The position numbers were made by a program, and so were the translations under genes. A stretch of 64,000 nt of DNA from Phoronis australis (lineage: Eukaryota; Animalia; Phoronida), in contig NMRA01000013.1 in the NCBI GenBank assembly GCA_002633005.1, forward strand, positions 826,374 to 890,373, in the 5' to 3' direction. The notes beneath the pieces are model-generated. The model saw only the letters and a program-made list of their open reading frames with translations. It searched no databases and was not told the origin of the DNA. Below, piece after piece: positions 52,601 to 62,120 of this stretch; position 1 is the stretch's first letter, and every line of letters starts with the position of its first letter.

Positions 52601-55600
52601 AAGAAGCATAAGAGATTTGACTACCACAAGTGCATGCAGAGAAACGTTGCATTGTGGGAAAATTCCTTAAAGTGAGTGTGGCACTTTGCTACTTCAGGAC
52701 GGGCCTACTTTTATGAAGCTAGTCCAGGGCTCTTCCTTGCTCCATGGGAAAGGATGCTGTGCCCTCTGATTAAGAAGTTTTGCAAAATGAAATTCAATCA
52801 AATCCTACCTCTACGAGAATTCTCCATGACATCAACTCCAAACTGTATGATGTCTGAGGAGAAGATCTCTCTTGGCGGGCTCTCTTCAGACCCTTTGCTG
52901 AGACGGGTGTTGTTGACGAAAGTTCCATTACTGCTCTTGGTATCTTGCAGAAAAAACTGGAATGAAAGACGAAGGTTTTCAAGCTCAAGTAATTCTAAAC
53001 CAAAATGACAGAAATGATACTTAAACAATCAAAGTGAGTAGGAACTTTGTGTGGGTTGACATTTCCGCTGTATGCTTCACCAAATTCATACCAGCGGAGT
53101 ACAATCCCATTTGTACGTATGGTTTCCTAAATCCCCCATAATTGAAAACCATTTTACATAATAATGCCACCAACCAAATGGAATTCATTGACAGCTAGTA
53201 ATTTGAATTACTTGAGTATGATGTAACATATTTTAGGACTTGAACTGAATCTAATGACCAAAAAATTTGGGAGGCACACTATTTCACAGCTTTGCTCTCA
53301 ACATTACAACCTGGAGAACAAATTACAGTGCAACAAAAAATCAAACCAAGAAAATCCACAATAACGTGTAACAATTCTATGAAAAACCCTACTCAAAAAT
53401 GTCATTTGAGGCAACCTCAAATGTTAAGCCCCCAGACTTTTAAAGGTCAGGCAGAGTTTCAGCACTGGACAACCTATCCAAAGAAAATAATCCACCTACA
53501 ATTAGCCTACCAATTAAGGCCAAAAGGTCATGATCCTAAAACAACTACCATCTGGCACAGGCAATTCATGAAACATAAACATTCATAGAACACAGGAAGT
53601 TGCCACCTCATATTCTCCTAGTGAAACTGTAGGTGTGCTGAAGTCTCACCAATAATAATTGCCAAAACTACCGTTTTTCGATTTTGAAGGTCTTCTAACA
53701 TTGCTGTGAATGCCAACAAATTTTAAAAATATTTTCTGAGCTATGGTACAGAACTTGAAAGCATTAATTTGACGTTACATGTCTTTTGTAAAAAAATGAG
53801 ACAATAAAATTTTACCACCATATTGATTTCCAAGTTTGTACAAATTAACGTAATGACAAAAGCTATAATATTGCTATGGACATAGACAAGTACCCCGTTT
53901 GAACTGTTGCCTGTACGTGGCTAGCAGACCATTGAACTCCCATAACCCGCTGTATTTTTCTGTTTGACCGCGAGCACATTGACCAAATGGCATTCAGTCT
54001 TACAATTTTGTTGAGGGAAGGAATGACTACTTGAAAAAATGTTGATGAGTGAACTAGGTGGAGGAGTTGGAAGTACTTAAAGGTGTCCATCTACACTCAA
54101 ATGGTACACATAGTAACGAAACTTTGATAGTTTATCAAAGGTTAAGTGCCATTTGCACAAAATCTTTCAGCATGCAGGCTCGACTAGGATGTGAGTCTGA
54201 GAAAGTTTCTGATGGCTGTGCATTATTGTCCTTGTCTGGTATTGCTACATCAACCAGCTCACAAAACCCAACAGTTTTCCTATTACTGATCAGCAGTCTA
54301 TTTATCTGTACAGTGGAAATGACCTAGTTGTCATTTAATCCGCCGCTTTGATGTTTAATTGCGGAGTTTGCCCATGACCTATATTGTGAATTGTGATTGC
54401 AATTTAGTTATTCCCAAAAATTTAGTCATCACAGGTAACAGTCGGATATAACGTGCCTGCATTTTGAGAACCAGTTTTCTCCACTGAATAACGGGCATCA
54501 AACTGGTTCTCAAAATCCAGAACCCAATGTAACTGGCTCTCAAAACGTGGTTATGTTACATCAGGCCTTTATGCAGCGTACGTCCTGGGCGTCCAAATGG
54601 ACGCCCTAGCACTAATCTGGACGCCCTGGCAAGGACGCCCAATGTATCATTTGGACACCCACTGTCAATAGCAACCTTTCAAGTTTGGACTCACACATTG
54701 TAATGAATACTAGGAAGCCTCTGAAGGCTCACAGTGGGGTCTCTTTTTTTCAAAGCAGGAAGAAATATACAATGTATATACAAAGTATATGCATTGTTGC
54801 TATTTTGACACTTGATTGACAGCATTGTAAAAGTCTTGGTCTACACAGTTTTTTTGAGTAAAAATGCTCACCATAGAAGGCTGTTTTATAAACTTAGANT
54901 TCTCAACAATAATCACTTTTCAGAAAATTTTAATAGTAGACATTGTTGTACACTAGAAACATTTTGCACATTTTGAGTTTTCACAATGTAGCAAACGCCT
55001 AGAAAAAAAACAACAGAAAAATGGTAATTTAATAAATTATTTTTGTACCAAATCCAACAATTCTCACCACACTTCATGACTGAATTCTACACTTTCCAAC
55101 CAGACATAACCTAATAGAACATTCTTAATGAAAACCTAATCTGAAACTGCAAATTATGTTTCTTTGAGATCTACAGTCAGTGAACGTGAAACTATTAAGA
55201 ACTTGTCTTAGTGAAATTAACTCAGAATATTATAAACGTGGTAATTGGCTAACGGAATGAATGAAGAAAGGCTTCATCCGTCAGCCAAATGTGCATGAAA
55301 TAAATTAACTGCCGGGTTCTTTGTGTTCATATAATTAGGAAGTAATGATAGCCGCACAAAGTTCAGGGTTAAATCTTGAAATTTTATCTCTCATTATTCT
55401 AACTTTTGAAACTTGAAAGCAAGCTAAGGAAATTGAAAGCTAAGAACAAAGAACAAATTGTAACAAGCAATTTTGCGATTCTCGTTTCTAAGCCTACATG
55501 CAAAAATGGAGGCATTTTGCTCTTTAGTTTAAGTTAAGTTTAAACCCTAAAGTTAAGGTAGAACCCTATAAAATCTCCAAATTTGGCTAACTTCGGAACG

Positions 55601-58600
55601 TCATAGCTCAGAAATGGCTGATCAGGTTCCTCCCAGGATTTTTGCTAACAGTGCAGATGCTATTGGGACCACCATTCCATTGCAGAAAATGCAATCAGAC
55701 TTAATCAGAGGCGATACACAAACTTGTGAGGTTTCTGATTTTTATGAAAAAACACAAAACATATATAAAAATGAAAACAAGATGATATTTCAGGAAACTG
55801 TAGCAACACTTTTGCAATTTCACCTTATACATTTACCATATCAAATAAATTTGGTCAAGTTATCAATGCCATTGTTTTGCTTTGAACGCTTTTCTTTCTT
55901 GCTAAATTTTATCAAACAGACATGGTCACATAACCCAGTTAATAAATGAAAGATTGATGTGTTGCTAAAAATCCAAGTCTGTAGGCATTTTAGTTTCAGA
56001 ATATATATGTCTCACATGGTCAACTTCTACAGTTTTGCAGATAGTTGGCTAAATATAGAGGCTTGTCACTAAGTTGCTACATAATAAAAGATTGGTTAGC
56101 AACAGCAATATTGTATGGCAAGAATAGCAAATGCTGAACATTTCAACAGAAATTATATGCGATGGAGGAGGATATTTTATGTCACATTTCTCAACAAAAA
56201 ACACTCAAGTTTGAGTCTATTTTTAACACAATTTGCATGGTGTGTGCATGTGTTGTTGAATTCTGAGCACTTCCACCTGAGAGTAATAATTAGTCATACA
56301 CAAATAGAAAAATATTAAATTACTTCATCAACTCTTTGTGTCCCAATTTGACAAAAATTCGATCTCTAAAATCGAAAGAATTCTTCAAAAAGGGTGGAAA
56401 ATAACAATTGAATTCTAGCTCCGCTAACAGGAAGTTGGAAATTAAATCAAATAAACCCATAATAAACAATGCCCCATGGTACATTGTTCATAACATCTAG
56501 ATAAACTCGGACAGTACTTGAAGACACTTCCTCAATCCTCAAAATACGGATGTTCTAAACAGACGGTATGAACATGAACAGACTTGAACACTTCTCAAGA
56601 AACTCGAGGACATTGAATAGCCTGGCTGCGACATTGGCAGTAACAATCCAAGTTTTCTTCCCCATTAAGTAAAGCTACTTATAAATCGCAAGCTAAATAG
56701 AGGCATTGTCAATTGTACCGCACTTTTCTAAATCAACGAGACAGACTTTGACAGAACTCTGCCAAACTTTTGCACAATAAAATACTGTTTTGTCGAATTC
56801 TCGTCGGAGTTAAACCTGACGATATTGTGCCTACTGATAATCCGTTTATTTTTAAACTGGACTTGCGTAGTAAGTTGTTGTGATTTCAACAATGTGGACG
56901 GAGCAACACTTGCCAAGATTTTGTCGAAATCCAACTAAAATTAAAACGGATTGTAGTCAAAATAAATTCGGCCCATCTTTTCCCCTAAGACTTTGTTGAA
57001 TTTCAACATTGTCCAGGTAATTTTTTTAAAGCTACCCTTATATTTTCAAAAAAAATATTTTTAACAGCCATAGTAGGAAGAATGCCCATCTAATTGTTTT
57101 TAGTTTCTGAATTGAAACTGCAGCAAAATCTCTCCAATTTAGGTCACAATATGGCGGGGACAGGTGAAATTTCACTTCCTCATTTCCTTCACCAATGAGA
57201 GATGGTAGGAAAAGGCACACTTTGCCAGCTACTAACAAAAATTTATGGGAATTCACAACAATGCTAGAAACCCTTAAAAAATGAAAAGTGCAATTTCCGT
57301 AATAATTTTTGTGAAAAATTGGTGAAACTTTACAGAATATTTGGTAAGTACATGGCATGACTATTACTTCTATCACCAGCTATTTCATAACTTTCCCACG
57401 CATTACTTCACCAAAAGTGCAGAAATTGCTCGTCCTCTTTCTCCCCATTACGCTGCCATTTGGAATCTAGTGAAATATCAAATGCAAAAATGGCCATCTA
57501 CAAAGGGATGAAAATTAGCAGAAATGTACTCGATCAAAGCAGGATATATTAATAGTACAGCTTTAGAGTTCCATCTGAAGCTTAAAGCAAGAGTATATGA
57601 CTGTCGTTTTATTTGTTGGAAAATTCATGAAGTCAAAATCACTACAAAAATAAAGGGAACCTGGAAGCATATGCATCAGAGATATGCTTTCCTATTTAAT
57701 GTCTATCCTCAACTGCAGACTATGAACAGTTGGCTAAATGAACTATGCTTGATAAGTTAAGGGCAAATTAATGTCCTTTGCTATTCAGTAGTATGTGAAA
57801 CATCAATAACGATGGAGTCCATATGTCACTGTGTAAAGAATTGTTTTTATTTAAGCAGGGCATAGTGTTCTCCCAACATGCATTACAACAAGTATTAGAG
57901 CAACATTTGGTCAAATCTTGAGCCCATTTGAAAAAGCTTAAGGTTTTACGCTCAGGTAAAATCCAAAGTCGATATATTCAAGCATGCCCCTACTACAGGA
58001 TAAGTGTAGGAATAGTTTGGTGAAAACCGCAACAGCCCGTTCATAGCTCATGCATTTCTCATGCACAGACAACAAGTTCTAATCGTCTGCTCATCCATAT
58101 CAAGCACAAGAGCGAATCCAGGCCTTAAATAGCACATCAAGTATTCCTAATTTTTCGTTCGAAAAAAGGTCGTATGGACCGTCTCAGGTGTTATGCAAAT
58201 TTCATCAGCTTGCCAGTTCAAGTATTCCAGTAACTATTTCGAAAAGTCCTTAAGTATGTGTCGTTTGCGGAGGCCGCGACTTTCGCAACCCCCCATACAA
58301 GGTTTCTTTTTTGGGGAACCTCATTTCCTATTTGGCAGCCTGGGAATTTTGTCAGGTCGTATTTGGTGCAATTGCATATTACCTGGGGAACCAATGACAT
58401 CATCAACAGAAACACTGTAGGCAGTGTTGATGACGTCATGTCCAGAACCAATGACATCAACAACAAATGTGTAATAAGCGCCGTGCACTGAATAGTCCAT
58501 AGATGTCATACATAGGTTCTTCGTTCTTCAGTTGAGTTAATAATGTGATCATTAACTTGGGACATCCCGTTTCACAATGGCAAGAGTTGAATTCTCTGAT

Positions 58601-61600
58601 TTAATTCCATTACACTGCTAGTTTTTTTATGGCTCATTGTGGTAGGAGTGGTGCTCTTTTTTGCTTAATAAACCGGTTCATTTTTATTTTATCTTACTTT
58701 GAAGTTCACCATATTTGGCTTGCCTCTGTAATGCTTAATATAATTTTAACAACAATGTGTTCCACTGGGCGGTTTTATATAAACTTTACCTAAATCAAAT
58801 TCAAACATACTGAGTCTTTTACTTGATGACAGTTTCAAGTAATCTTCAACTGAAAATTTTCACAGAGTTTGATGTGGTTAAGATAATTGATAGTATCCAT
58901 GCTTCTAGCCTCTTCAGCACTTAATGTGATATGCGGAATGCAGAATGACAATGACATGAGGAGAACATCTCCGATTAAAACAAAAAGTGTCAGGAAATGT
59001 AGCTTGTGAGACGTTTTGACAGGAAACACTGTTTCAGGTTTAGTTCTAAAAATCAATAACAACAATGCATTTCAAATGTCAAACATTCATGCACAGGCTT
59101 CATTCATGGGAAATTTAAAATACATTACATACTACGAGGAAATGTCAAATTCAAAGACTTTCAGGAACAAACTTATAACTCGACTGCAGATTAGGTGTCA
59201 TCAATACTAGAGACCCTGGTTTCATGTGGTAATGGAAAAAAATGTCAGAATTCACAGAACATTGACCTAGAACTAACTCCTGGAAGGACTTGTTGTTAGG
59301 TTTAATAATAATGTGAACATTTCCTGCACTAGGACAACTAACTCCACCTTACTGAGGTAGGGTAACTCGTTCTGGGGTACTAATAACTTGCCCCAGCACG
59401 AGAACTAGTGTGCACGGAAACATGCAGACAACGCGGGATTACTATGCGTTTGCTCAGATACGTACACATAGGGGTCCCCAATCACTTTTGTGCCATATTT
59501 GGTGAAAAATGTAGGGTATATAGTATGGATGTTGGGCTGAAAACATGGGCAAGTAGCTCTATAGAAAATTATTCTAGGATATAGAGATGCAAAATAACGG
59601 TTGCTGCAAAACTAAAATTGCTACTAGGGGGCGCACAAGGAGCCATCTGACTTGGGCAAACCTGCAAAGCTTGGTAAAGATCCATCATGAGATTTAGAAG
59701 ATATAAGAGTAAATGCAAAAACTAAAACTGCCACTAGGTGGCACAGCAGAACTTCAATTTGTCTGAAAGTAGTCATCATCTGATGTCTTGCCAAATTTCA
59801 CAATGATCCTGCCAGGAATTTAGGAGATACAGCTGCGGATACCGTATGGATGCTTGGATAAAAGGACTCGGGACAAACAGACAGACGCAGGATGGACAGA
59901 CGTAGGATGGACGGACGCAGGATGGATGGATGACTGTGTGCATTGCTAAAATTTCTAAAACCTTATTTTCTTTGAGAAAAGATAATATAATGCCAGAAAA
60001 CAGACTGCATGGACGTTCATGACACAACACTTTGCTTAAAACATGGATCTTGTGAGACTTTGGAAACAATATAGTTTGCATTTTAAGGCACTTGATCTGA
60101 ACTAAAATTTCACACTTTTGAATATAATCCATAAGTGTTGCACGCCTAAAAGGTAATTAAACAGAAGAACTCAGTTTATTATTGAACTTTCTCAGGTTAG
60201 AGAAGTGATGGCCACATTGTAGCCAGAGAACAGAAAACCCCAATGCAAATGCAAAACTCGCAAGCTAGGCCGTTGACAGCGCACTCTAGTGACCAAAAGG
60301 AAGAAGTGAACTACTTGTAGTATGACTGAGCTAAAGGTACATGCTAGTGTTGACTTATAAAATGACCAGAATATACATTTTCCTTAAATTTATGTTGAGG
60401 AATTTGACAAAACTACTTTCTACTTTTCCGACATATCGTGCATCACATTGAAGACGTTTCATCACCCAAAACATGTGCGCAACCAAAATCGAAGGTGAAA
60501 TGAAATGATAGACACCTTTCCAGCAAAATAACAGACATATTGATCAGGACTTAATCTGGTGCAAGTACAAGAAAGGCAAACTATTCAGCTACGAACCCAG
60601 TTGAAGCACTTGTTAATTACATTCATTCAGAATGACGAAAGGACTCAACATAAAGAGCCAATACAGGCATAGGAGATGTGTTAAACAGTTTCGTGTTGAG
60701 ATTAGCTCGATGAATTTAATCTAAGATTTATCGGTTAGAAAATGCACACTTGAGGGATTTTATATTGAAGGGGTTACCATGGTGACTAACTGGTCACCAT
60801 GGAAATAAGTTGGAAATGTGAAAATTGACAAGACAAGAACTAAAAAGTGAATACGCTATTCTCAAAGTTAAAAAATATTTACGGTAAAGGGAGATTACCG
60901 TTTTGTTTTTAGCAACTTTTAATTTCTTCATAAAATTCACTGAAGTTCCATTTTTTGATTAGCTTCTCATGCAAATTTGGCACATCTTCTAAAAATTCCT
61001 GACAGCCTTTCAGAGAACACTGCATGAACTTAAGCATAATACTTGAACATTTCCCATGAATCCAATCAGCCATTTGACATTCTGAATTAAGGCTTATTGG
61101 GAAACCTTAGACACCCAAAATGTTGGCCTGTCTATGCTTTGTTTCAAGACCTGTTCTATAACGTTCATCATACCATCAATACCTTTTCATTGAACTTAAA
61201 TTCATAACTGTAAAAATTCTACAATTTGGGACAGTGGGAAATTAAATCATTTTGTTCAAGGTCGCAGCTTGTCAAAATTCTAAAATACTGGCAGTCCCAA
61301 ATTCAAGAATCACCGAAAAGACAGCAAAACTACCCACTTTGTAGGTTGAAGACACATTGTCTGACATTTGAGAAAAATGGTGAGTGCCAAAAACACCCTT
61401 GTCCCAAATTCCAGGATCAAGAAAATTCAATTTTTTGAGTCCCAAATCTAGAGACTGTCCCAAATTGGAGGACCTTTTTAAGTTCACTAGAACCAACAAT
61501 GCATGCATCAGTTATCCGAGTCACGTCTCCCAACACAGCCAACACATAATCTAAAAAGTTATCAATATGTCACGACAAAAAGGTATATGAATTACGTAAA

Positions 61601-62120
61601 TCTCGTTTTCAGTCAAAACATGGAAAAAGGTTTTGCAGGACCTTAGATGTAATTTCTGACAAGTGAGTATAATAGGTCAGTAGCCCTTCTTGCACGCAAA
61701 CATGGTTGAAAACACGACAGTACTCTACAGGTAGGTCTATTGCCACTTGCTCTAAACCTGTACGTCAGAATAAATGTGTATGCAGCAAATCTGAGCGACT
61801 TTGCATCAAGCTGTTCAACAGACAACACTCGCATTTTTAACCATTTCTGACGTGTAAAATACATAAAATCACAAACATGCCTTTGCTCATTAGGTTAACA
61901 TTCAGTACTCAAGGGAACTTCATCCACTAACCTTTTCACCGTCATACCACAAGAGGGCGTGGTTCCGCGACAGCACCTTACAGTCAAATATGCCATTGTT
62001 GGGCGTGGGTCGTGCACGGGCGACCGAGCGACCCACCTTGGCGGGCTCGTGTAACGAGATGTGTCGCTCCTGGAATGGGTGCGAGTTGGGCCGACACGTG
62101 AATATGGCGAGCGCGGACAT
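13539..62120 (-). CDS. SLMAP: SLMAP, sarcolemmal membrane-associated protein (STRIPAK component): whole spliced CDS span, about 44 exons, about 1,470 aa
   Basis: N-terminus [32 protein letters not shown] nearly identical to vertebrate SLMAP FHA; conserved [35 protein letters not shown]; C-terminal TM; exon phases join into one open frame. Confidence 0.95.
14179..14313 (-). CDS. SLMAP: SLMAP exon (135 nt)
   Basis: cag|[45 protein letters not shown]|gtgggt. Confidence 0.85.
15237..15396 (-). CDS. SLMAP: SLMAP exon (160 nt)
   Basis: tag|[53 protein letters not shown]|gttgga. Confidence 0.88.
15410..15525. repeat. 19-bp minisatellite, about 5.5 copies
   Basis: Unit cataacatacagcacagtg, just upstream of an SLMAP acceptor. 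Confidence 0.85.
15993..16068 (-). CDS. SLMAP: SLMAP exon (76 nt, phase 1-2)
   Basis: cag|[24 protein letters not shown]|gtgagt. Confidence 0.85.
17078..17140 (-). CDS. SLMAP: SLMAP 63-nt phase-1 cassette exon
   Basis: tgcag|[20 protein letters not shown]|gtaagc. Confidence 0.75.
17151..17285. repeat. Degenerate about 35-bp tandem repeat, about 4 copies
   Basis: cagatactttrcaatgttaagata...aagaaata units next to the acceptor. Confidence 0.65.
17558..17725 (-). CDS. SLMAP: SLMAP 168-nt phase-1 cassette exon
   Basis: ttcag|[55 protein letters not shown]|gtaatg. Confidence 0.82.
17985..18068 (-). pseudogene. Candidate 84-nt pseudo or poison cassette exon with in-frame TAG
   Basis: tgtag|[27 protein letters not shown]|gtaaag; phase 1-1, 4x21 nt. 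Confidence 0.4.
18237..18996. mobile_element. Non-autonomous PIF/Harbinger-like MITE
   Basis: TIRs gggctgttccagcaaaatctgtatgggaggggg / cccccctcccacacggattttactggaacagccc; TTA target duplication on both sides. Confidence 0.85.
19219..19344 (-). CDS. SLMAP: SLMAP 126-nt phase-1 cassette exon
   Basis: tgcag|[41 protein letters not shown]|gtacag. Confidence 0.78.
19814..20394. repeat. Perfect 42-bp tandem array (about 13.8 units, 14 donor copies) of an exon 3' end plus splice donor
   Basis: Minus unit CTCAGACAAATTAACCAATTGGAAC|gtaagaacgatgccttg; open in the exon frame as [14 protein letters not shown]. Confidence 0.95.
20370..20483 (-). CDS. SLMAP: SLMAP phase-1 cassette exon (114 nt to first donor; contains one n)
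   Basis: tgcag|[37 protein letters not shown]|gtaaga. Confidence 0.75.
21651..21776 (-). CDS. SLMAP: SLMAP 126-nt phase-1 cassette exon
   Basis: ttcag|[41 protein letters not shown]|gtaaga. Confidence 0.8.
22165..22689. mobile_element. hAT-like MITE with CAGGG termini
   Basis: TIRs cagggcttggaat / attccaagccctg, subterminal CCGCGGAAA repeats, flanking direct repeat ATCAAC (6 bp). Confidence 0.8.
23219..23344 (-). CDS. SLMAP: SLMAP 126-nt phase-1 cassette exon
   Basis: aacag|[41 protein letters not shown]|gtaagg. Confidence 0.8.
24129..24254 (-). CDS. SLMAP: SLMAP 126-nt phase-1 cassette exon
   Basis: ttcag|[41 protein letters not shown]|gtaagt. Confidence 0.82.
24620..24860. mobile_element. 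Imperfect palindromic (foldback) MITE-like element
   Basis: aaaaacaccata...aggc...ccctctacagtggt / accactgtggaaggg...gcct...tatggtgttttt nested inverted arms. Confidence 0.65.
25000..25062 (-). CDS. SLMAP: SLMAP 63-nt phase-1 cassette exon
   Basis: aatag|[20 protein letters not shown]|gtaatg. Confidence 0.75.
26072..26134 (-). CDS. SLMAP: SLMAP 63-nt phase-1 cassette exon
   Basis: tgaag|[20 protein letters not shown]|gtgagt. Confidence 0.75.
27105..27167 (-). CDS. SLMAP: SLMAP 63-nt phase-1 cassette exon
   Basis: ttcag|[20 protein letters not shown]|gtagga. Confidence 0.78.
27296..27403 (-). CDS. SLMAP: SLMAP 108-nt phase-1 cassette exon
   Basis: ttcag|[35 protein letters not shown]|gtgaga. 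Confidence 0.8.
27875..27937 (-). CDS. SLMAP: SLMAP 63-nt phase-1 cassette exon
   Basis: taaag|[20 protein letters not shown]|gtttgt. Confidence 0.72.
29033..29053 (-). CDS. SLMAP: Candidate 21-nt SLMAP microexon (xPPRNGK)
   Basis: Long CT tract, ctaat branch-like site and TGC motifs, cacag|TTCCCCCGCGCAATGGAAAAG|gtatcg; three downstream TGCATG. Confidence 0.55.
29121..29320. mobile_element. Small MITE-like element
   Basis: Imperfect inverted ends ttcactaggtggcgctagtggaaaa / ttcttcactagcatcaaccagtgaa. Confidence 0.5.
29720..29782 (-). CDS. SLMAP: SLMAP 63-nt phase-1 cassette exon
   Basis: tacag|[20 protein letters not shown]|gtaaga. Confidence 0.75.
30704..30820 (-). CDS. SLMAP: SLMAP 117-nt phase-1 cassette exon
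   Basis: tgcag|[38 protein letters not shown]|gtatga. Confidence 0.82.
32168..32230 (-). CDS. SLMAP: SLMAP 63-nt phase-1 cassette exon
   Basis: cctag|[20 protein letters not shown]|gtaatt. Confidence 0.8.
33750..33812 (-). CDS. SLMAP: SLMAP 63-nt phase-1 cassette exon
   Basis: ttaag|[20 protein letters not shown]|gtgaga. Confidence 0.68.
34517..34591 (-). CDS. SLMAP: SLMAP 75-nt phase-1 cassette exon
   Basis: tacag|[24 protein letters not shown]|gtaagt. Confidence 0.8.
35300..35362 (-). CDS. SLMAP: SLMAP 63-nt phase-1 cassette exon
   Basis: aacag|[20 protein letters not shown]|gttcag. Confidence 0.72.
35610..36032 (-). mobile_element. tRNA-derived SINE with internally amplified minisatellite
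   Basis: Minus strand has A-box-like ggtggtgtagtg and B-box ggttcaaaccc; body atgagtgtaccata...cttctaa matches the copy at 48661. Confidence 0.6.
35655..35945. repeat. 39-bp minisatellite, about 7 copies
   Basis: Unit gggtatatggtacactcatggtggtcaatgataggaacat-like. Confidence 0.9.
36237..36299 (-). CDS. SLMAP: SLMAP 63-nt phase-1 cassette exon
   Basis: tccag|[20 protein letters not shown]|gtacgg. Confidence 0.75.
36903..36986 (-). CDS. SLMAP: SLMAP 84-nt phase-1 cassette exon
   Basis: tgcag|[27 protein letters not shown]|gtaatg. Confidence 0.78.
38160..38222 (-). CDS. SLMAP: SLMAP 63-nt phase-1 cassette exon
   Basis: aatag|[20 protein letters not shown]|gtttgt. Confidence 0.75.
38420..38605. 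mobile_element. Small MITE
   Basis: Perfect 16-bp TIRs ccatcatgacggctaa / ttagccgtcatgatgg; internal gagtagtctcccctgatgacca duplication. Confidence 0.7.
38985..39047 (-). CDS. SLMAP: SLMAP 63-nt phase-1 cassette exon
   Basis: tgtag|[20 protein letters not shown]|gtgcgc. Confidence 0.75.
39962..40024 (-). CDS. SLMAP: SLMAP 63-nt phase-1 cassette exon
   Basis: ttcag|[20 protein letters not shown]|gtgagt. Confidence 0.8.
40529..40591 (-). CDS. SLMAP: SLMAP 63-nt phase-1 cassette exon
   Basis: tccag|[20 protein letters not shown]|gtaatt. Confidence 0.78.
41146..41271 (-). CDS. SLMAP: SLMAP 126-nt phase-1 cassette exon
   Basis: cgcag|[41 protein letters not shown]|gtacgt. Confidence 0.82.
41622..41684 (-). 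CDS. SLMAP: SLMAP 63-nt phase-1 cassette exon
   Basis: tgcag|[20 protein letters not shown]|gtaaag. Confidence 0.8.
42651..42782 (-). CDS. SLMAP: SLMAP 132-nt phase-1 cassette exon
   Basis: tgcag|[43 protein letters not shown]|gtgaga. Confidence 0.82.
43276..44706. mobile_element. Non-autonomous Tc1/mariner-pogo-like DNA transposon (about 1.4 kb)
   Basis: TIRs ccatattcgtcctaataagcgcc / ggtgcttattagggcgaatacgg with TA on both flanks; no transposase ORF. Confidence 0.8.
44983..45045 (-). CDS. SLMAP: SLMAP 63-nt phase-1 cassette exon
   Basis: tacag|[20 protein letters not shown]|gtgagt (weaker in-frame internal donor at 45010 would give 36 nt). Confidence 0.75.
45517..45582 (-). CDS. SLMAP: SLMAP 66-nt phase-1 cassette exon
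   Basis: tctag|[21 protein letters not shown]|gtaagt. Confidence 0.78.
46277..46339 (-). CDS. SLMAP: SLMAP 63-nt phase-1 cassette exon
   Basis: tgtag|[20 protein letters not shown]|gtagtt. Confidence 0.78.
46644..46748 (-). CDS. SLMAP: SLMAP 105-nt phase-1 exon
   Basis: ttcag|[34 protein letters not shown]|gtaggt. Confidence 0.85.
47530..47595 (-). CDS. SLMAP: SLMAP 66-nt phase-1 exon
   Basis: tacag|[21 protein letters not shown]|gtacac. Confidence 0.78.
47833..47986. repeat. 37-bp minisatellite, 4 copies
   Basis: Unit aaaatgtgctgtgggccctcatggggttacccttgtt. Confidence 0.9.
48015..48151. repeat. 67-bp tandem duplication copying an SLMAP donor site
   Basis: ctttgaagcagcacc...gtatcagtgattccatac twice; gives two AAG|gtatgg donors on minus. 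Confidence 0.88.
48149..48425 (-). CDS. SLMAP: SLMAP exon (277 nt)
   Basis: ccag|DAEKKHEEE...[18 protein letters not shown]...ENDQ G|gtatgg. Confidence 0.9.
48661..48812 (+). mobile_element. tRNA-derived SINE fragment
   Basis: A-box tggtgcagtggtt, B-box-like gtttcaaatcc, body atgagtgtaccacatatcc..cttctaa shared with the 35.6-36.0 kb copy. Confidence 0.6.
48873..49400. repeat. About 54-bp minisatellite (about 10 copies) derived from an exon/donor junction
   Basis: Unit atatctaggaacactacattcccccacttactgccagcgtctgctgctctttca; minus reads CAGACGCTGGCA|gtaagtggg. Confidence 0.9.
49390..49527 (-). CDS. SLMAP: SLMAP exon (138 nt)
   Basis: tag|[46 protein letters not shown]|gtaagt. Confidence 0.92.
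50017..50157 (-). CDS. SLMAP: SLMAP exon (141 nt)
   Basis: tag|[47 protein letters not shown]|gtgtgt. Confidence 0.93.
50436..50603 (-). CDS. SLMAP: SLMAP exon (168 nt)
   Basis: tag|[56 protein letters not shown]|gtgtgt. Confidence 0.93.
51117..51201 (-). CDS. SLMAP: SLMAP exon (85 nt)
   Basis: cag|[28 protein letters not shown]|gtttgt. Confidence 0.9.
52295..52361 (-). CDS. SLMAP: SLMAP exon (67 nt, end of FHA region)
   Basis: cag|[22 protein letters not shown]|gtaagt. Confidence 0.92.
52809..52956 (-). CDS. SLMAP: SLMAP FHA exon (148 nt)
   Basis: cag|[49 protein letters not shown]|gtagga. Confidence 0.95.
54562..54665. mobile_element. Probable DNA-transposon terminus
   Basis: CAGG start followed by clustered GGACGCCC/GGGCGTCC subterminal motifs; other end not identified. 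Confidence 0.4.
61222..61466. mobile_element. MITE-like element
   Basis: Inverted ends aatttgggacagt / actgtcccaaatt with internal gtcccaaat repeats. Confidence 0.5.
61932..62120 (-). CDS. SLMAP: SLMAP first coding exon (FHA N-half); exon acceptor at 62199
   Basis: [63 protein letters not shown]|gttagt; upstream ttttctgttacag acceptor implies a further 5' non-coding exon. Confidence 0.96.
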